DNA from: Eledone cirrhosa
Taxonomy: Eukaryota
Length of the DNA: 64,000 bases
Reading direction: 5' to 3'
Assembly (NCBI GenBank): GCA_964016885.1
Contig: OZ024748.1
Coordinates: 48,050,001 to 48,114,000, forward strand
Shown here: piece after piece, positions 60,766 to 64,000 of the stretch
Layout: the number at the start of each line of letters is the position of its first letter
Numbering within the stretch: the stretch's first letter is position 1
Notes under the pieces: generated by a model
The model's input: only the letters and a program-made list of their open reading frames with translations
The model's database searches: none
What the model was told of the DNA's origin: nothing
Made by a program: the position numbers and the translations under genes

Positions 60766-62419
60766 ATTTAAAGCCGCTTCTTCAATGCAGTGTATATTCT
60801 AAAGGCAACACTTAATCTTTTCATTACGATATTTCTAATGACAGACACTACCTAGGATTTCTCAAAAAATAATCAACAATTTTGAAGGTATTTAGTAACG
60901 TAACTAACTTTTTTCATTATTAAATTGGTGTTTTGAGGATAATTTAACAAAAGTTCTTATAAAGAAATATGATGAAAGGTTTTTAGATAAATATAAACAC
61001 TTTAAAGAAAACAGTTTATATCATAGAACCAGAAGTGATTTGATATAAAAATCCTTAAAAATTATATCCATATATTTGACATCCATTTTGAGAATCACTT
61101 ATATAGTAAAAAGCAAAGCAACCATAATATTGCATGCAGAAGAGGGCACATTCCAATCTTGTTGGACTTGGAATTTCCAGTGTTAGACTCAAAGCTATAT
61201 AAGGGTTGTAGCTTAATGAAAAATAACTATTAAACTTATTTAGGTTCTTAAAAGATCCTGTGAAAAAAAAGAAACAAACAAATTAATAAACAAATATAGA
61301 AATGATATACAAAAAACAAAAAAATAAAACAAAGAAAAACAGTTGAATTATTTTGATAAAAAAAACACATTCATTAAAAAACTAGTGTATTGTGCCATTG
61401 ATAATGACACTAAATATACTGATAGAATAGTGGATTGGCAGTATCTGTAGAGTACCGGACATCATGCTTCTTGGCATACAGTTACAATCCTTTATATTTT
61501 GATTTCCCACCAAAGTTAGCTTTGCCTTTTATTCTTACAGTAAGAATTGTTTCGTAAGAATAAAAGGCAAAGCTAACTTTGGTGGGAAATCAAAATATAA
61601 GAACTTTTGTACCAGTAAAACACTGGGGTCAATTTAATTGACTTCCTCCAACAAAATTGATGGCCTTGTGCTTAAGTCAGAAACTATTATACTTAAGTAT
61701 CAATTTAAAGGCCTGTGGCTGAGAGGTCAGAGAATTGGATTCACATTCATCACCCTTGAGCAAGACACTTTATTTCACATTACTCCTTCTGCCAGGAGTT
61801 GCGACTGGAAGATGGTATTAGCAATGGAAAAACAAATGGAAACATTGTTTCCTTGGTCCAGTCTGACAAGTTCCACCCCACTTGCTAAGTGAATGGGGTC
61901 TGGGATCTTGTTGATCATCTTTAAAAATAAAATCAAATTAGATACAATACAAAATAAAATACTGAGATGTGAGAGTCCATATCATTCACATATGAATGTA
62001 GTCTCCCCTTTTCATATATACATGATTATATAATAATAAAGAAACAGTTTTGCATCATATATGATTATATATAATAATATATATACATTAGGAGGGTCAT
62101 GTTGCCAATAATATATATATATAATAAAATATATATACAATTATATATATATACAATTATACATATATGATTATATATAATAATATATATAGGATTATAT
62201 ATATATATATAATTATATATATACAATTATATATATACAATTATATATATATGATTATATATATATGTAATTATATATATACAATTATATATATGCAATT
62301 ATATATATACGATTATATATATAATAATATATATATGATTATATATAATTATATGTATACGATTATACATATATAATTATATATATAAGATTATACATAT
62401 ATAATTATATATATACAAG

Positions 62420-63290
62420 GAAAACCGTGATATTGTCGGGGAGAAGTGTGTCCGTAATGATGATGGTGTACTTGCCCTCACTGATGCTGATAAGAAGGGA
62501 GCTTGGAAGTGTCCCTACGAGAGACTACTAAATGAGGAGAATAAATGGGAAAAAGATAGTCTGCACCAAATCGATCCAATAGAGGGACCAGCGGTGCAAG
62601 TTGGTTGTATAATAAGTAAGGCAATCAAAGATATGAAGACAGGCACGGCAGCTGGGCCTTCGGAGATAGTTGCTGAGATGTTGAAAGCATCTGGAATGGT
62701 GAATATGGTCACCGAGTAATACAGAATGGTGTCATACCAAATGACTGGCATAGCAACAGCATCGTTAACTGTTACAAGGGTAAAGGAGATGCTCTAGGTA
62801 GGGGAAACAGAAAGAGTTATAGCACAACTAATCAGAGAGCGAATCGATCTAGATGAAATGCAGATTGGGTTTGTGTCAGATAAAAGTACCACAGATGCTC
62901 TTTTCCTTGTACGACAACTACAGGAGAAGTACCTAGCTAAAAGTAAACCCTCTACTTAGCTTTTGTTGACTTGGAGAAAGCCTTTGACAGAGTCCCGCGC
63001 TCCATTATCTGGTAGGCTCTTAGAAAGCTAGGAGTAGATGAAGAGCTATACAAGCCATGTATAAAGATACTCTCAGTAAGAATTCACAATGAATATGGTG
63101 AATAATTTAGCGTAAAAGTTGGTATTTATCAAGACTCTGTACGTAGCCCCCCTCCTATTTATTATTGTCCTTCTGGCTAAAACAGAGGAGTTTAAGACTG
63201 ACTGTCCATGGGAGCTTCTATATGCTTCTATATGCTTCTATATGCTTCTATAGCTGAATCTATGGCTGAATTAGAGAAGAAATTCCAACA
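62420..63290 (+). mobile_element. Second decayed copy of the RTE LINE RT region
   Basis: KAIKDMKTGTAAGPSEIVAEMLKASG; AFVDLEKAFDRVPR; homologous to 55340-55960. Confidence 0.88.
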
Positions 63291-63439
63291 TGCTTTGTGG
63301 TCGGCATATAGCTAGCAAAGGAAATGCAGACATTAAAACGATGATGATGAATATCAGAAATTATTTAATTATTTAATGTTATGAATGAATTAAAAATAAG
63401 TATAAGGTGAGACATGAACAAAATTTGTCAATGATGAAA

Positions 63440-63670
63440 TAATGGTTTTTGATTTAGACATAAGGACAACAATATTTTTTGGAGGGGGCGAGGAAAGTCG
63501 ATTAGATAGACCCCAGTGTGTTACTGGTATTTTATTTTATCAACACTGCAAGGAAGAAAGGCAAAGTTAACTTTAGCAAGATTTGAACTCAGAACATAAA
63601 GGAACATAGCTATATGCCGGCCACAAAGCATGTTGGCTAATTCCCTACCGATACTGACAATCCACAACTC
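63440..63670 (-). mobile_element. SINE family A copy, diverged
   Basis: Matches family consensus. Confidence 0.75.
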
Positions 63671-63841
63671 TAAATAATATGATAAAATAATAAAATAATA
63701 AAACAGTTGAATACTTACTATAATAAAAAGATTGCCCAGCGACTGATTTAAAGTCACAATGACGAGGATGAATCCCTTGCATATATTGAGGAAGATATAG
63801 AACCAAGGGCACTGTAGAGAATAATGATATAAAATATATTA

Positions 63842-64000
63842 AAGAATCCTTAATGAAATGGAGCTACAACCAATCATTGAAGAATTTGACAACCTTATTA
63901 CCATGAAAGAACTTGAGACAGCACTCAAAAACACTAAACTCAAGAAGAGTCCCGGTCCTGATGGAATAGTCCTAGAAGTTTTAGTTCATAGTGGCAATGC
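63842..64000 (+). mobile_element. RTE/BovB-like LINE fragment running off the window
   Basis: IEEFDNLITMKELETALKNTKLKKSPGPDGIVLEVL. Confidence 0.8.

Overview
Eukaryotic, AT-rich, microsatellite-dense DNA. The repeat families suggest a coleoid cephalopod, probably Octopus (inference). Bases 1304-33273 (+) hold the last 23 coding exons of a short-tailed class I myosin (MYO1A/B-like). I spliced them by hand with GT-AG sites and consistent phases into 887 aa plus stop: motor domain, 4 IQ motifs and TH1 tail. The N-terminal exons lie upstream of the window. Introns and the downstream region contain tRNA-derived SINEs, a 5S-rRNA-headed SINE, RTE and Dong/R4 LINE remnants, a deleted mariner, piggyBac-like MITEs and several minisatellites. 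The most notable hidden layer is a set of short fold-back elements embedded in (TA)n tracts. Several carry minimal type I hammerhead ribozyme motifs, and one sits next to a Penelope GIY-YIG remnant. Other leads are a genomic CAG (Gln) at the conserved Arg of the TH1 PH-like motif (a candidate A-to-I recoding site) and an array of GTAAGT donor-like sites directly behind a real splice donor. Nearly all long ORFs in the supplied track are microsatellite artefacts. Repeat boundaries were read by eye and are approximate.
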